This document shows, in pieces, positions 9,609 to 18,385 of a stretch of 24,000 nt of DNA (positions are counted from its first letter, which is position 1; each line of letters opens with the position of its first letter). The stretch lies in contig JBBKXO010000099.1 in assembly GCA_037969525.1 (NCBI GenBank), positions 1,610 through 25,609 on the forward strand, in the 5' to 3' direction. The DNA is from Burkholderiales bacterium (lineage in GTDB: Bacteria > Pseudomonadota > Gammaproteobacteria > Burkholderiales > SG8-41). Under the pieces are notes generated by a model. That model was not told where the DNA came from. It saw only the letters and a program-made list of their open reading frames with translations, and ran no database searches. The position numbers and the translations under genes are program-made.

Positions 9609-10627
9609 GAAGCCTTGTCCTTTATCGTGCGCGCACAATCGCGGATCAGGGCTGGACCGCCGTAGACCAGCCCCGTGTAGATCTGTACCAGGCTCGCTCC
9701 GGCGGCCATACGTGCTGCCGCATCGCTGCCATTCATAATGCCGCCGACGCCGATGACCGGCAGGGCTCCCGCAAGTGCTGCGGCAAGCTGCGCGGTAATC
9801 GCCTGCGCTTGCGTGGTCAGCGGCGCGCCGCTCAGGCCGCCGGCTTCGGCTCCGTGGGGCAGCGCTGAAACAGCGTCCCTGGCAATGGTGGTGTTGGTGG
9901 CGATTACGGCATCAATGCCGTGTGTCACCAGCAGCTCAGCGATGACGGCAATCTGCGCCTGATCCAGATCAGGTGCAATCTTCAGCGCCAATGGCACGTG
10001 CTTGCCGTGTTGATCCGCGAGGCGCTTGCGCTCGCCGGTCAGAGCTGACAACAGCTGTCCCAATTCGTCGGACTGCTGTAACTGACGCAGATTACTGGTG
10101 TTGGGCGAAGAAATGTTGACGGTGATGTAGCTGGCGTGCGCATACACTTTGCGCAGGCAGGCGAGATAATCATCCGCGGCATGCTGCAGCGGAGTATCGA
10201 AATTCTTGCCGATATTGATACCGAGTACGCCGCGGTATTGTGCGCGCCTGACATTGGCGATCAGCGCATCCACGCCCAGATTGTTGAATCCCATGCGATT
10301 GATGATTGCGCGTGCGGCAGGGAGCCGGAACATCCGCGGGCGGGGGTTGCCCGGCTGGGGGCGCGGTGTGACGGTGCCGATCTCAAGGAAACCGAAGCCC
10401 AGCGCGGCCAGCGCATCGATGTAGTCGCCGTTCTTGTCGAGTCCGGCTGCAAGTCCCACCGGGTTGGGGAAGTTGATGCCCATCACCGTTCGCGGTGTTG
10501 CTGCGGGGGGCGCTGCAAAAAACTTGATGGCGCCCGTACGCGCGGCCAATTGCAGCGATGCCAGGGTCAGGTGGTGTGCGGACTCGGGGTCCAGTGCAAA
10601 CAGCAGCGGGCGTAGCAGCTTGTACAT
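9602..10627 (-). CDS. pyrD: Dihydroorotate dehydrogenase (quinone), class 2
   Basis: [48 protein letters not shown]; [11 protein letters not shown]; [32 protein letters not shown]. Confidence 0.97.
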   Translation of the reverse strand: MYKLLRPLLFALDPESAHHLTLASLQLAARTGAIKFFAAPPAATPRTVMGINFPNPVGLAAGLDKNGDYIDALAALGFGFLEIGTVTPRPQPGNPRPRMFRLPAARAIINRMGFNNLGVDALIANVRRAQYRGVLGINIGKNFDTPLQHAADDYLACLRKVYAHASYITVNISSPNTSNLRQLQQSDELGQLLSALTGERKRLADQHGKHVPLALKIAPDLDQAQIAVIAELLVTHGIDAVIATNTTIARDAVSALPHGAEAGGLSGAPLTTQAQAITAQLAAALAGALPVIGVGGIMNGSDAAARMAAGASLVQIYTGLVYGGPALIRDCARTIKDKASC

Positions 10628-10699
10628 GACGGTATTGTACCGGCGTCGCGCACAGGCTCAGAGCTATATAAAATAATTAATTAAAACAACTACTTACGA

Positions 10700-11461
10700 T
10701 TATTCCGGGGGTATCCCTGGCGCAACAGGCCGCTGTGTCATCAGCAGCGCATAAAGTCCCACCATGACCAGCCAGCACACCACACCCGCCCACAGCACAT
10801 GGGATACAAAATGCGCTCCCTGAGCGATGCGCCCGAGCCCGAGCGTCAAACCGGCCAACACCCCTGCCAGCAAAGCCGCACGGGCATAGGCATGGCGGCG
10901 TTGGTAATAGGCGGCAAAGTACAAAGCCATCAGCGCGAAGCCGGTCGATGCGTGTCCCGCGGGAAAGCACATGCCCGGCGCATGCTGTGGTTCACGCGTT
11001 TCAAACAGATGGGTATAGGGTTCACCGCCGCCGAATTCGACCATATCCCAAGGGCAGGGCCGGTCAGTGAGCTGTTTCATGACAGTTACCGTGAGTGGCG
11101 CCAACGCCATGGCCAGCAGCAGGAACAGCAGCAGCCGGCGCCGTTGACGTATCGCCGGAACGAGATAGGTATAAGCCAACGCTGCCCCGATCAAACTGGT
11201 AGCCAGTATCACCATGTATTTGGTCCAGCGGTGCATTACGGTATCCAGCAGGAAGGTGTGGCGCAACGGGAACGTCTGTGCTGAGGCATCAAAAAACCAG
11301 TGACTGACCGCGCGATCAATACCCGTGCGCTCCATCATGATCAGAACCGCCGCCAGCAATACAGGTGCCAGCAGCCAGCTGCGGGGTATCACCGGCGCAG
11401 AGGATGCGACGGCGCTGTCTGGCGCGTGGGGGATGGATGGCAAGGAAATGGTTTTGTGCAT
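10700..11461 (-). CDS. PAP2 superfamily membrane phosphatase
   Basis: 253 aa; KQLTDRPCPWDMVEFGG, CFPAGHASTGFALM, RIAQGAHFVSHVLWAG, matching the three-part PAP2 phosphatase signature. Confidence 0.9.
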   Translation of the reverse strand: MHKTISLPSIPHAPDSAVASSAPVIPRSWLLAPVLLAAVLIMMERTGIDRAVSHWFFDASAQTFPLRHTFLLDTVMHRWTKYMVILATSLIGAALAYTYLVPAIRQRRRLLLFLLLAMALAPLTVTVMKQLTDRPCPWDMVEFGGGEPYTHLFETREPQHAPGMCFPAGHASTGFALMALYFAAYYQRRHAYARAALLAGVLAGLTLGLGRIAQGAHFVSHVLWAGVVCWLVMVGLYALLMTQRPVAPGIPPE

Positions 11462-11575
11462 GATAGCTATGCATGAGCCGGGCAGAAAGGAAGCGCGGTT
11501 CGACGACTATATTGGCAATGCTGTCAATGTAGTGTGAGGACTATGTGAAGCGGCTGTGAAGCCGCCCATTGCGGC

Positions 11576-12835
11576 TCAGGCCAGAGTCAGCCGGAACGCG
11601 GTGCCGCCTCCCGCAGGGGCAGTGACTTCGATGCGCCAGCGGCAGTGATCGCAGGTTCGCTTGACGATGGCGAGTCCGAGGCCGAAGCCGTCGGCGTTGG
11701 CAGCGCCCCGGAAATGGCGCTCAAAGAGCAGATCGCGCTGTTCCAGCGGCACGCCGGGTCCGGTGTCGGCAACCGTCAGGGTCTGCGCCTGCCAGTGCAC
11801 CCGTATGCCGCCCTGCATGGTGAAATGGACGGCATTGCGCAGCAGATTTGTGAGTACCAGATGCAGTGCATGGCGATTGACTGTAAGCATGGTGTCAGGG
11901 CTGACTTCGTTGTCGAAGCGCAGTCCCTTGCGTGCGAGATCAGTGCGCCAGGGTTCGATTGCCGCATCGACGCATACGCTGAGGGCGATGGTTTCAAGCT
12001 CGTCCATAGCCTGGGCGCGGGCGAGAAAAAGCAACACTTCGATCTGTTCGGTCATACGCTCGGCCGCGGCAGCGATGGCCCCTATGCGCGAGCGAGCTTT
12101 GTCCGTCAGCCCAGGCTCGCTCTCCAGCAGTTCGCAGCTGGTGCGGATTGCGGTCAGCGGTGTGCGTAATTCATGGCTCGTGTTGCTGGTGAACTCCTGC
12201 TCACGGTCGAGCACTTCACGGATGCGGGTCTGGTAGTTGTCGAAGGCGCGGGCGAGGGCGGCAACTTCGGGATCCTGACCGGCCTGTGTAAGCGGCGCCC
12301 GTGGCGCACCGGGATCAAGCATCGCGACACGGGCGGCAAGATCGGTGATCTGCCGGGTGATGAGGCCCGCAATCCAGTAACCGAGCGCGGCAGCGACGAC
12401 CATGATGGTTGCCAGTGCAAACAGCACCAATTGCTTGAATTGTTGCTCGCGCAGTTCATGCGGTCCGGCGTCGTAGGCGACTATGAAGCGTGTGCCATTG
12501 ATTTCGCGGATTGAGACATGCTGCTCCTCGATGCCCTGGCCGACTTCATGGACCCCGGCGCCAAGGCTGCGCAGGGCGGCGGGCACCCGTAGCTGGTCGT
12601 CGGGTGTACGTACCACGTAATACTGCAGATTGGGGCCGGGTTCTCGCGCGATACCCGGGTTCTCGAGATGGTGCCGGATCAGAAAATCCATTTCCTCACT
12701 GACGATCTGATCGACGAGGGCTTCTTCAAGTTCCTCGGATGCCGTGTACAGCGTCAGAGCCAGGGCGGCGACGACGGCAAAGCAGCTGATGGCCACGGCT
12801 GCTGCCACGCGCATCCGCAGATCGAGAGTTTTCAA
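11576..12835 (-). CDS. Membrane sensor histidine kinase
   Basis: TTG start at 12835 overlapping the response regulator stop (TTGA); two TM helices, H-box EFTSNTSHELRTPLTAIRTS, N-box LVLTNLLRNAVHFT, G-boxes DTGPGVP and GFGLGLAIVKR. Confidence 0.93.
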   Translation of the reverse strand: MKTLDLRMRVAAAVAISCFAVVAALALTLYTASEELEEALVDQIVSEEMDFLIRHHLENPGIAREPGPNLQYYVVRTPDDQLRVPAALRSLGAGVHEVGQGIEEQHVSIREINGTRFIVAYDAGPHELREQQFKQLVLFALATIMVVAAALGYWIAGLITRQITDLAARVAMLDPGAPRAPLTQAGQDPEVAALARAFDNYQTRIREVLDREQEFTSNTSHELRTPLTAIRTSCELLESEPGLTDKARSRIGAIAAAAERMTEQIEVLLFLARAQAMDELETIALSVCVDAAIEPWRTDLARKGLRFDNEVSPDTMLTVNRHALHLVLTNLLRNAVHFTMQGGIRVHWQAQTLTVADTGPGVPLEQRDLLFERHFRGAANADGFGLGLAIVKRTCDHCRWRIEVTAPAGGGTAFRLTLA

Positions 12836-13512
12836 TGGCCTCCGGTTTGCAGGCGGTAGCCGATGCCGTGCAGCGTCTCAACGGGATCACTGCCGCCGGC
12901 GGCGGTCAGAGCCCGGCGCAGCATGTGCAGGTGGCTGCGCAAGGTGTCGCTGGTTTCCTGAGCCTCGCCCCACACCAGACGCTCGATTTCTTCCCGTCCG
13001 ACGACCCTTCCGGGTTCGCGCATCAGCAGTTCCAGGATGCGCAGGCATTTGGGCGGCAGTTTGACTTCGTTGCCGGCGAAACGCACAGCCATGGTTTTGG
13101 GATCCAGCGTCAACGTGCCGGCTTCCAGCAAGCGGGTGGTGACGCGACCGCTGCTGCGCTTGTGCAAGGCGTGGAGCCGCGCTTCGACCTCCTTCAATGA
13201 AAAAGGTTTTATCAGGTAGTCATCAGCGCCGCGCGCAAAACCCTCCAGTTTGTCATCGAGGGTGTCGCGTGCGGTCAGCATCAGTATGGGTGTCTCGATA
13301 TGCGCCTCTTCGCGCAATTTCCGGGTCAGAGCGAGGCCATCCATGCCCGGCAAACCCAGGTCCAGCACGATGGCGTCGAAGGCCTGGGTGACGGCGAGAT
13401 GTAGACCAGTGACGCCGTCAGCGGCGGCGTCGATGCTGTGCCCGCGTGATTCCAGGAAATCGTATAGATTCGCCGCGATGGTCGCGTCGTCTTCGATGAT
13501 CAGGATGCGCAC
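12832..13512 (-). CDS. OmpR/PhoB-type response regulator
   Basis: GTG start at 13512: VRILIIEDDATIAANLYDFLESRGH, DAIVLDLGLPGMDG, ILMLTARD, LIKPF; winged-helix output domain LEAGTLTLDPKTMAVRFAG...LRSHLHMLRRAL. Confidence 0.93.
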   Translation of the reverse strand: MRILIIEDDATIAANLYDFLESRGHSIDAAADGVTGLHLAVTQAFDAIVLDLGLPGMDGLALTRKLREEAHIETPILMLTARDTLDDKLEGFARGADDYLIKPFSLKEVEARLHALHKRSSGRVTTRLLEAGTLTLDPKTMAVRFAGNEVKLPPKCLRILELLMREPGRVVGREEIERLVWGEAQETSDTLRSHLHMLRRALTAAGGSDPVETLHGIGYRLQTGGH

Positions 13513-13528
13513 GTTGGGAGCGTAGAGA

Positions 13529-14254
13529 TCAGTCTGATAGTGGCTGCCAACGGTCGTCGCGCAGACCCTCCATGGGCTGGAAGTGGATTTTGTAGGCCAT
13601 TTTCCGGCTTTGCGCAATCCAGTAACCGAGATACAGATAAGGCAGATCGAGCTGGCGGCAGAATTCGATCTGCCACAGGATGTTGTAAGTGCCGAAACTG
13701 GTGCCCGGCATTTCCGGATCAAAGAACGTGTAAACCGATGACACGCCGTCCTGCAGCTGGTCCAGGATGCTGACCATGCGCAGCACCCCATTTTCGCGAA
13801 ATTCCACCAGCCGGGAATCCACATTGCTTTGCAGCAGGAAGTGCCGGTACTGCTCGCGGCTGTCCTGATCCATGCCGCCGCCGGCGTGGCGCTGAGCCTG
13901 GTAGCGCAGATAGAGCGCGTAATGTTCCGGATTGTATTTAAGGTCGAACATGCGCGATTCCAGCGCCGAGTGGCGGTTCCATGTGCGGCGCTGAGTCCGG
14001 CTGGCGCGGAATTTCTCGGTGACCACCCGTACCGGCACACAGGCACGGCAGTGATCGCAGTGCGGACGGTAGGTGAAAGCACCGCTGCGGCGGAATCCGG
14101 CGCGTACCAGCTCGCTGTAAACGGGGCTGTCTATCAGATGGCTGGGTGTAGCGACCCTCGACCGTGCCAGCCGATCGGGCAGATAGCTGCACGGGTACGG
14201 CGCAGTTGCATAGAACTGCAGTACCGAAAGCGGAAAGTCTGAAAGGTAAGTCAC
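13529..14254 (-). CDS. bpt: Leucyl-type aspartate/glutamate leucyltransferase (bacterial ATE/Bpt family), N-degron pathway
   Basis: [87 protein letters not shown]. Confidence 0.95.
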   Translation of the reverse strand: MTYLSDFPLSVLQFYATAPYPCSYLPDRLARSRVATPSHLIDSPVYSELVRAGFRRSGAFTYRPHCDHCRACVPVRVVTEKFRASRTQRRTWNRHSALESRMFDLKYNPEHYALYLRYQAQRHAGGGMDQDSREQYRHFLLQSNVDSRLVEFRENGVLRMVSILDQLQDGVSSVYTFFDPEMPGTSFGTYNILWQIEFCRQLDLPYLYLGYWIAQSRKMAYKIHFQPMEGLRDDRWQPLSD

Positions 14255-14278
14255 TGCCGTGCGCTCATGTCTACAGTT

Positions 14279-14977
14279 TCATGTCACCAGGTCATTGTCA
14301 AAACGCCAGACTTTGGCGGTTGAGGGGTAGTTTACCAATATCGCCAGCTGCCGCGAAAATTCGCTGCGGGGCATCTCACGCGCCCCGAAGCGGGCGAGGT
14401 GCGCGGTGTTCATCTGACAGTCGATCAGACCGAATTGCCAGCGTTCCAACTGGCGTACAAGATGAGTCAGTGCAATTTTCGAGGCATCAGGTGAGCGCGC
14501 AAACATCGACTCGCCGTAGAAGGCGCGGCCCAGCGCTATGCCATAAAGCCCGCCGGCCAGTTCACCGTCGATCCAGGTCTCAACCGAATGTGCATGTCCG
14601 TGCCGGTGCAGTTCGCAATAGGCCGTAATCATGTCCGGCGTGATCCAGGTGCCCGGATCATCGCCGCGCGGCGCGGCGCAGGCAAGCATGACGGATTCAA
14701 AAGCGGTATCAGTGCGGATTTCGTAATCATGCCGGCGCAGACGCTTGAGCAGCGAGCGTGGCATGCGGAGCTCGGCAGGAATTAGCACCATCCGTGGGTC
14801 GGGACTCCACCACAACAGCGGCTGGTTCCTGCCGTACCAGGGGAATATGCCGCGGCGGTAGGCTGTCAGCAGTCTGTCGGGCGACAGGTCTGCGCCGGCT
14901 GCCAGCAACCCGTTGGGTTCTGCCAGCGCCGCTTCCAGCGGTGGAAAATCGTCGCTGCCTTCAAGCCATGGAATCAT
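14279..14977 (-). CDS. aat: Leucyl/phenylalanyl-tRNA--protein transferase
   Basis: [87 protein letters not shown]. Confidence 0.97.
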   Translation of the reverse strand: MIPWLEGSDDFPPLEAALAEPNGLLAAGADLSPDRLLTAYRRGIFPWYGRNQPLLWWSPDPRMVLIPAELRMPRSLLKRLRRHDYEIRTDTAFESVMLACAAPRGDDPGTWITPDMITAYCELHRHGHAHSVETWIDGELAGGLYGIALGRAFYGESMFARSPDASKIALTHLVRQLERWQFGLIDCQMNTAHLARFGAREMPRSEFSRQLAILVNYPSTAKVWRFDNDLVT

Positions 14978-15017
14978 GTCCGCTATTCTAAAATCCCGCC
15001 GTCGCGCAGGTAGTTAC

Positions 15018-15031
15018 TTGATGTAGATCAA
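15018..15031 (+). promoter_or_regulatory. FNR/Anr box, perfect consensus TTGATGTAGATCAA
   Basis: TTGAT-N4-ATCAA. Centre at 15024.5; a -10-like TAGCAT at 15054-15059 puts the predicted start near 15066, i.e. class II (-41.5) geometry. Confidence 0.8.
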
Positions 15032-15093
15032 TTCGTGCTGCTGAGGGTGCGCATAGCATGAACTTGCACAAATCAAACCACAAGGAGCAGTAA

Positions 15094-15144
15094 ATGTATC
15101 GCTGTGCATGCTCGTCCAGGCTGAAGGCGGTGATACCGGGATGA
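15094..15144 (+). other. 16-codon sORF MYRCACSSRLKAVIPG preceded by an AAGGAG ribosome-binding-like site; stop overlaps the ccoI-like start (ATGA)
   Basis: AAGGAG at 15082-15087, ATG 15094, TGA 15142-15144; conceptual translation by hand. No recognised family. Confidence 0.35.
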
Positions 15145-15341
15145 CAGCTGAAACGCAGGTTTCGGCGCTTCCCGCCACGGCGGATTCCTCGTCCGGGTGC
15201 TTTCATTGCGGATTGCCATTGGATGCGGATTTTTCCCGGTAATGCTGGATGAAGTCGAACACAGCTCATCTTGCCACGCTCGGCATGTCAGTATCATAAC
15301 TAGCAGTAGTACCCAATGCACTGCGCCTGCTGCGCACGTAA
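15141..15341 (+). pseudogene. ccoI: Relic of ccoI/fixI (Cu-transporting P-type ATPase for cbb3 oxidase): N-terminus plus C-terminus, interior deleted
   Basis: Hand translation from 15141: MTAETQVSALPATADSSSGCFHCGLPLDADFSR*. A shifted frame continues FPVMLDEVEH. In the original frame: HLATLGMSVS*LAVVPNALRLLRT* (stop 15339-15341). CFHCGLP is the CcoI N-terminal signature; GMSxSSLxVVxNALRL is its C-terminal signature. Confidence 0.82.
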
Positions 15342-15348
15342 CGCTAGT

Positions 15349-15502
15349 ATGGATATTCTCTATCTGCTGATTCCGCAGTCATTGGTGCTGGTATTTCTCA
15401 TTAGCGGCGTATTCTGGTAGGGCGCTGCGCAGTGGACAGTTTGAGGATCATGAAGGGCCCGCGCACCGTATTCTGATGGATGATGACGACCGCCCGGGGT
15501 AA
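15349..15502 (+). pseudogene. ccoS: ccoS (cbb3-type cytochrome oxidase assembly protein) with a 1-nt insertion frameshift
   Basis: ATG at 15349: MDILYLLIPQSLVLVFLISGVFW then TAG (15418-15420). Removing A15419 restores MDILYLLIPQSLVLVFLISGVFWWALRSGQFEDHEGPAHRILMDDDDRPG* with the stop at 15500-15502; SGQFED-EGPAHRILxDDD is the CcoS signature. Confidence 0.9.
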
Positions 15503-15519
15503 CATGGGAAAATTATAGA

Positions 15520-17520
15520 TTGTTGAGGCCGTCGGGGCCGTCGGGAATTCAGCGCGTGTCAGTTATTCTCCCCCAACCGCGTTTAAGCGGAAAACTGTTC
15601 TGGATAGCCATCAGCTCCCTGGTGGTGGCGCTGACGGCTGTCGGATTTACTTTGTATGAGTCATGGAAGCTCGAAGGTGGCGCCGCCGTAATCAATGACA
15701 TGGGCAGTGAACGCATGCGTTCATACCGCATTGCCTATTTACTGGCGGAAAGTTTGCGTGGGGATGATCCGGCCGTGCGCCAACAGATTCACGCCGAAAT
15801 GCGCCGTTTCGAAGATGTGCTGGCGGGACTCAAAGCAGGTGATCCGGTGCGACCGCTGGTGCTGCCGCGTGATCCTGAAATCCTCGCTGAACTCGATGCT
15901 GTCGAGAAGCACTGGTTCAGTACAGTCAAGCCGCTGATGGAGCGAATTATTGCAGCGGCAGGTACGGCACGCAGCGAACACATGAATATATTGCGTACTG
16001 AAATTGACTCGTTTGTGGCGCACATTGACCAAGTGGTGCGTCTTACCGAGGCAAATAACGCACGAAATATAGCAATCCTGCGCTATATGCAGTTCGGCCT
16101 GATCGCACTGGCGCTGGTCGGCACCGTAACACTGATTTACCTGATGTTCATGCTGGTGGTGCGACCCGTGATCAGTCTGGCGGATGGCATGCAACGCATG
16201 ACTGCAGGTGAATTCGGCGTGCGCGTGCCGGTGGAAACACAGGATGAATTTGGTGATCTCGCCGAAGGTTTCAATCGCATGGCAGGCCGGTTGCAGGAAT
16301 CGTATGCCACTCTGGAAGAGCGTGTAGCTGAGAAAACCGTCGATCTGGCGGCGCGCAATCGTGAGTTGGCGGCATTGTACGAGGTTGCTCGTTTGCTCAA
16401 CGAGCCGGCTGCTGCTGATGAGTTGTGTCGTGGATTCCTGCGTCGAATGATGGCCTTGCATAGTGCGGCTGGCGGTGCGGTGCGTTTATTCGATACGGAT
16501 ACCCGCCAACTGCATCTTTATGCGCACGAAGGTTTGACTAGTGAATTTGCCTCTGAGGAGCGCTGCATCGATATGGGTGAATGTCTGTGCGGTGCGGCGG
16601 CGCAGATGAATCGAAGCGCGGTGGATGTGCTGGATGACATTGCGCCCAATGTGGCGGTTGACTGTCGCAAGGCGGGTTACCGCACCGTGACGATTTTCCC
16701 AATCCGGTTGAAACGCGAACTGCTGGGAATATTTAATCTCTATTTCACGTCGCCACATGCGATCAGCCCAGAGGATCGCGAGCTGCTCGAAGCACTCGGA
16801 CAGCATCTGGCGGTGGCAATCGAGAATCAGCGTTTGGCGTCGCGTGATCGTGAGCTTGCAGTGTACGAGGAGCGTAGCCTGCTTGCCCGCGAACTGCATG
16901 ATTCGATAGCGCAGTCGCTGGCATTTCTGAACATTCAGGTGCAGTTGCTTGAAGACTCATTGCGGCGAGACGCCCGCGACGAAATTGCGGAAGTGCTGGC
17001 AAACATTCGCGAAGGAGTACAGGAAAGCTACGATAATGTGCGGGAGCTGCTGGTGCATTTCCGTGCCCGCGTAAAGCAGGACGAAGACGTCGGCACTGCA
17101 TTGCAGCGGATGCTGGTGCGATTCGGAGCCCAGTCAGGGCTGGAGACGGATTTTTCTGATACTGGAACGGGAGTTCCGCTGCACGCAGAGATCCAGTTGC
17201 AGGTGCTGCACATACTGCAGGAGGCGCTTTCCAATGTACGCAAGCATGCAAAAGCCACTCATGTCAGGCTGGCTGTGCATCGTGATGCGGACTACCGCTT
17301 TTCCGTAACCGATGACGGCTGCGGTTTTGATGCGGAGGCGACGCTGGAAATCGCAGAATCGCATATTGGTCTGCGCATAATTCAGGAGCGTGCGCAGCGC
17401 ATCAGTGCGCGTATCGAATTACAGTCGCAGCCGGGATATGGAACGACGGTCGCGCTGATATTGCCGGTGGGGCAGGGGGTAGACGGTAGTACAGTTGCGC
17501 TTCACAAGGTGCCTGCATGA
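15520..17520 (+). CDS. narX: Nitrate/nitrite sensor histidine kinase NarX
   Basis: P-box-like INDMGSERMRSYRIAYLLAE, HAMP region, central Cys-containing GAF-like region, NarX-type H-box LARELHDSIAQSLAFLNIQVQLLED and ATPase domain. Start uncertain (TTG 15520 or GTG 15556). Confidence 0.93.
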   Translation: MLRPSGPSGIQRVSVILPQPRLSGKLFWIAISSLVVALTAVGFTLYESWKLEGGAAVINDMGSERMRSYRIAYLLAESLRGDDPAVRQQIHAEMRRFEDVLAGLKAGDPVRPLVLPRDPEILAELDAVEKHWFSTVKPLMERIIAAAGTARSEHMNILRTEIDSFVAHIDQVVRLTEANNARNIAILRYMQFGLIALALVGTVTLIYLMFMLVVRPVISLADGMQRMTAGEFGVRVPVETQDEFGDLAEGFNRMAGRLQESYATLEERVAEKTVDLAARNRELAALYEVARLLNEPAAADELCRGFLRRMMALHSAAGGAVRLFDTDTRQLHLYAHEGLTSEFASEERCIDMGECLCGAAAQMNRSAVDVLDDIAPNVAVDCRKAGYRTVTIFPIRLKRELLGIFNLYFTSPHAISPEDRELLEALGQHLAVAIENQRLASRDRELAVYEERSLLARELHDSIAQSLAFLNIQVQLLEDSLRRDARDEIAEVLANIREGVQESYDNVRELLVHFRARVKQDEDVGTALQRMLVRFGAQSGLETDFSDTGTGVPLHAEIQLQVLHILQEALSNVRKHAKATHVRLAVHRDADYRFSVTDDGCGFDAEATLEIAESHIGLRIIQERAQRISARIELQSQPGYGTTVALILPVGQGVDGSTVALHKVPA

Positions 17521-17533
17521 ACGTGACTCTGAC

Positions 17534-18187
17534 ATGAACGAAAAGCTTAAGGTTTTGCTGGTTGATGATCACAAGCTGTTCCGCAGCGGCGTGAAGGCGC
17601 TGCTCGCGCGGCAACCGGACCTTGAGGTGGTTGGAGAGGCTGCGGATGGAATTGATGGTGTCAAGCAGGCACGTCAGCTCAACCCTGATGTTGTGCTGCT
17701 CGATCTGGATATGCCGGGGGTTTCCGGACTCGAAGCCGTGCGTACCTTGACTGAAGAACTGCCGCAGACGCGGGTGCTGATGCTGACTGTATCGGAAGAT
17801 GCAGAAGATCTGCTGGATACGCTGCGCGCTGGTGCTGCCGGATATTTGCTGAAGAACATTGATACCGAATATTTTGTGGATGCGATCCGGCGGGCGGCGT
17901 CAGGGGAGTCGGTCGTATCGCCGGAAATGACCGGGAAGCTGGTCGCGGGCCTGAAGCGCAAGGAGTCCACTACGTTGCCGGACAAAGCACGGCTCAGTGC
18001 GCGTGAGCGGGAAATACTCGTGGTGATTGCGCGCGGCGCCAGCAACAAGGAGATCGCGCGCGAGTTCGAGCTGGCCGAGAGTACTGTGAAAATCCATGTG
18101 CAGAACATACTGCGCAAGCTCAATCTGACCAGCCGGGTTCAGGCAGCGGTATATGCCGTTGAGCACGGAATATCAGAAAAAATATAA
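17534..18187 (+). CDS. narL: Nitrate/nitrite response regulator NarL family
   Basis: MNEKLKVLLVDDHKLFRSGVKALLARQ, LLDLDMPGVSGLEAVR, C-terminal LuxR HTH LSAREREILVVIARGASNKEIAREFELAESTVKIHVQNILRKLNLTSRVQAAVYAVEHG. Start moved from ORF 17495 to ATG 17534. Confidence 0.94.
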   Translation: MNEKLKVLLVDDHKLFRSGVKALLARQPDLEVVGEAADGIDGVKQARQLNPDVVLLDLDMPGVSGLEAVRTLTEELPQTRVLMLTVSEDAEDLLDTLRAGAAGYLLKNIDTEYFVDAIRRAASGESVVSPEMTGKLVAGLKRKESTTLPDKARLSAREREILVVIARGASNKEIAREFELAESTVKIHVQNILRKLNLTSRVQAAVYAVEHGISEKI

Positions 18188-18253
18188 TTAAAACAATTAG
18201 TTATGCCCTGCCCTTGCTGACCACCGTCGCCGGGCCATTCTGAATAATTACAA

Positions 18254-18280
18254 ACGGGCTAGTTCAAACGGACTAGCCGT
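18254..18280. promoter_or_regulatory. Imperfect inverted repeat ACGGGCTAGT-N8-ACTAGCCGT overlapping a direct repeat, upstream of narK1
   Basis: Arms 18254-18263 and 18272-18280 with a single bulged G; direct repeat CAAACGGGCTAG (18251-18262)/CAAACGGACTAG (18265-18276). Confidence 0.5.
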
Positions 18281-18385
18281 CACCATTACCTAGTTCCTCT
18301 GCCGGATCCCGGTTGCCCGTCTGGAGAATGGTTGTCCGGGCGGGCGCTGCGTATCTTCACTCACAAGACTTCGATGGGAGTGAAG

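Noticed and set aside
10678-10689. 12-mer TAATTAAAACAA shared with 18185-18196, both in AT-rich intergenic patches
   Set aside because: Low-complexity AT sequence at gene junctions. Two copies without further similarity are not enough to claim a repeat family.
11549-11566. Small inverted repeat GCGGCT-GTGA-AGCCGC downstream of the kinase gene
   Set aside because: Only a 6-bp stem with no T tract on either strand; not supported as a terminator.
12832-14082. 416-aa minus ORF extending the response regulator upstream
   Set aside because: The first about 190 aa overlap bpt in another frame and look non-protein-like. The GTG at 13512 gives a normal regulator N-terminus.
15073-15321. Minus-strand 82-aa and 93-aa ORFs in the aat-narX gap
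   Set aside because: They are antisense to the recognisable ccoI remnant. The plus-strand translation has real signature motifs while the minus ORFs have none.
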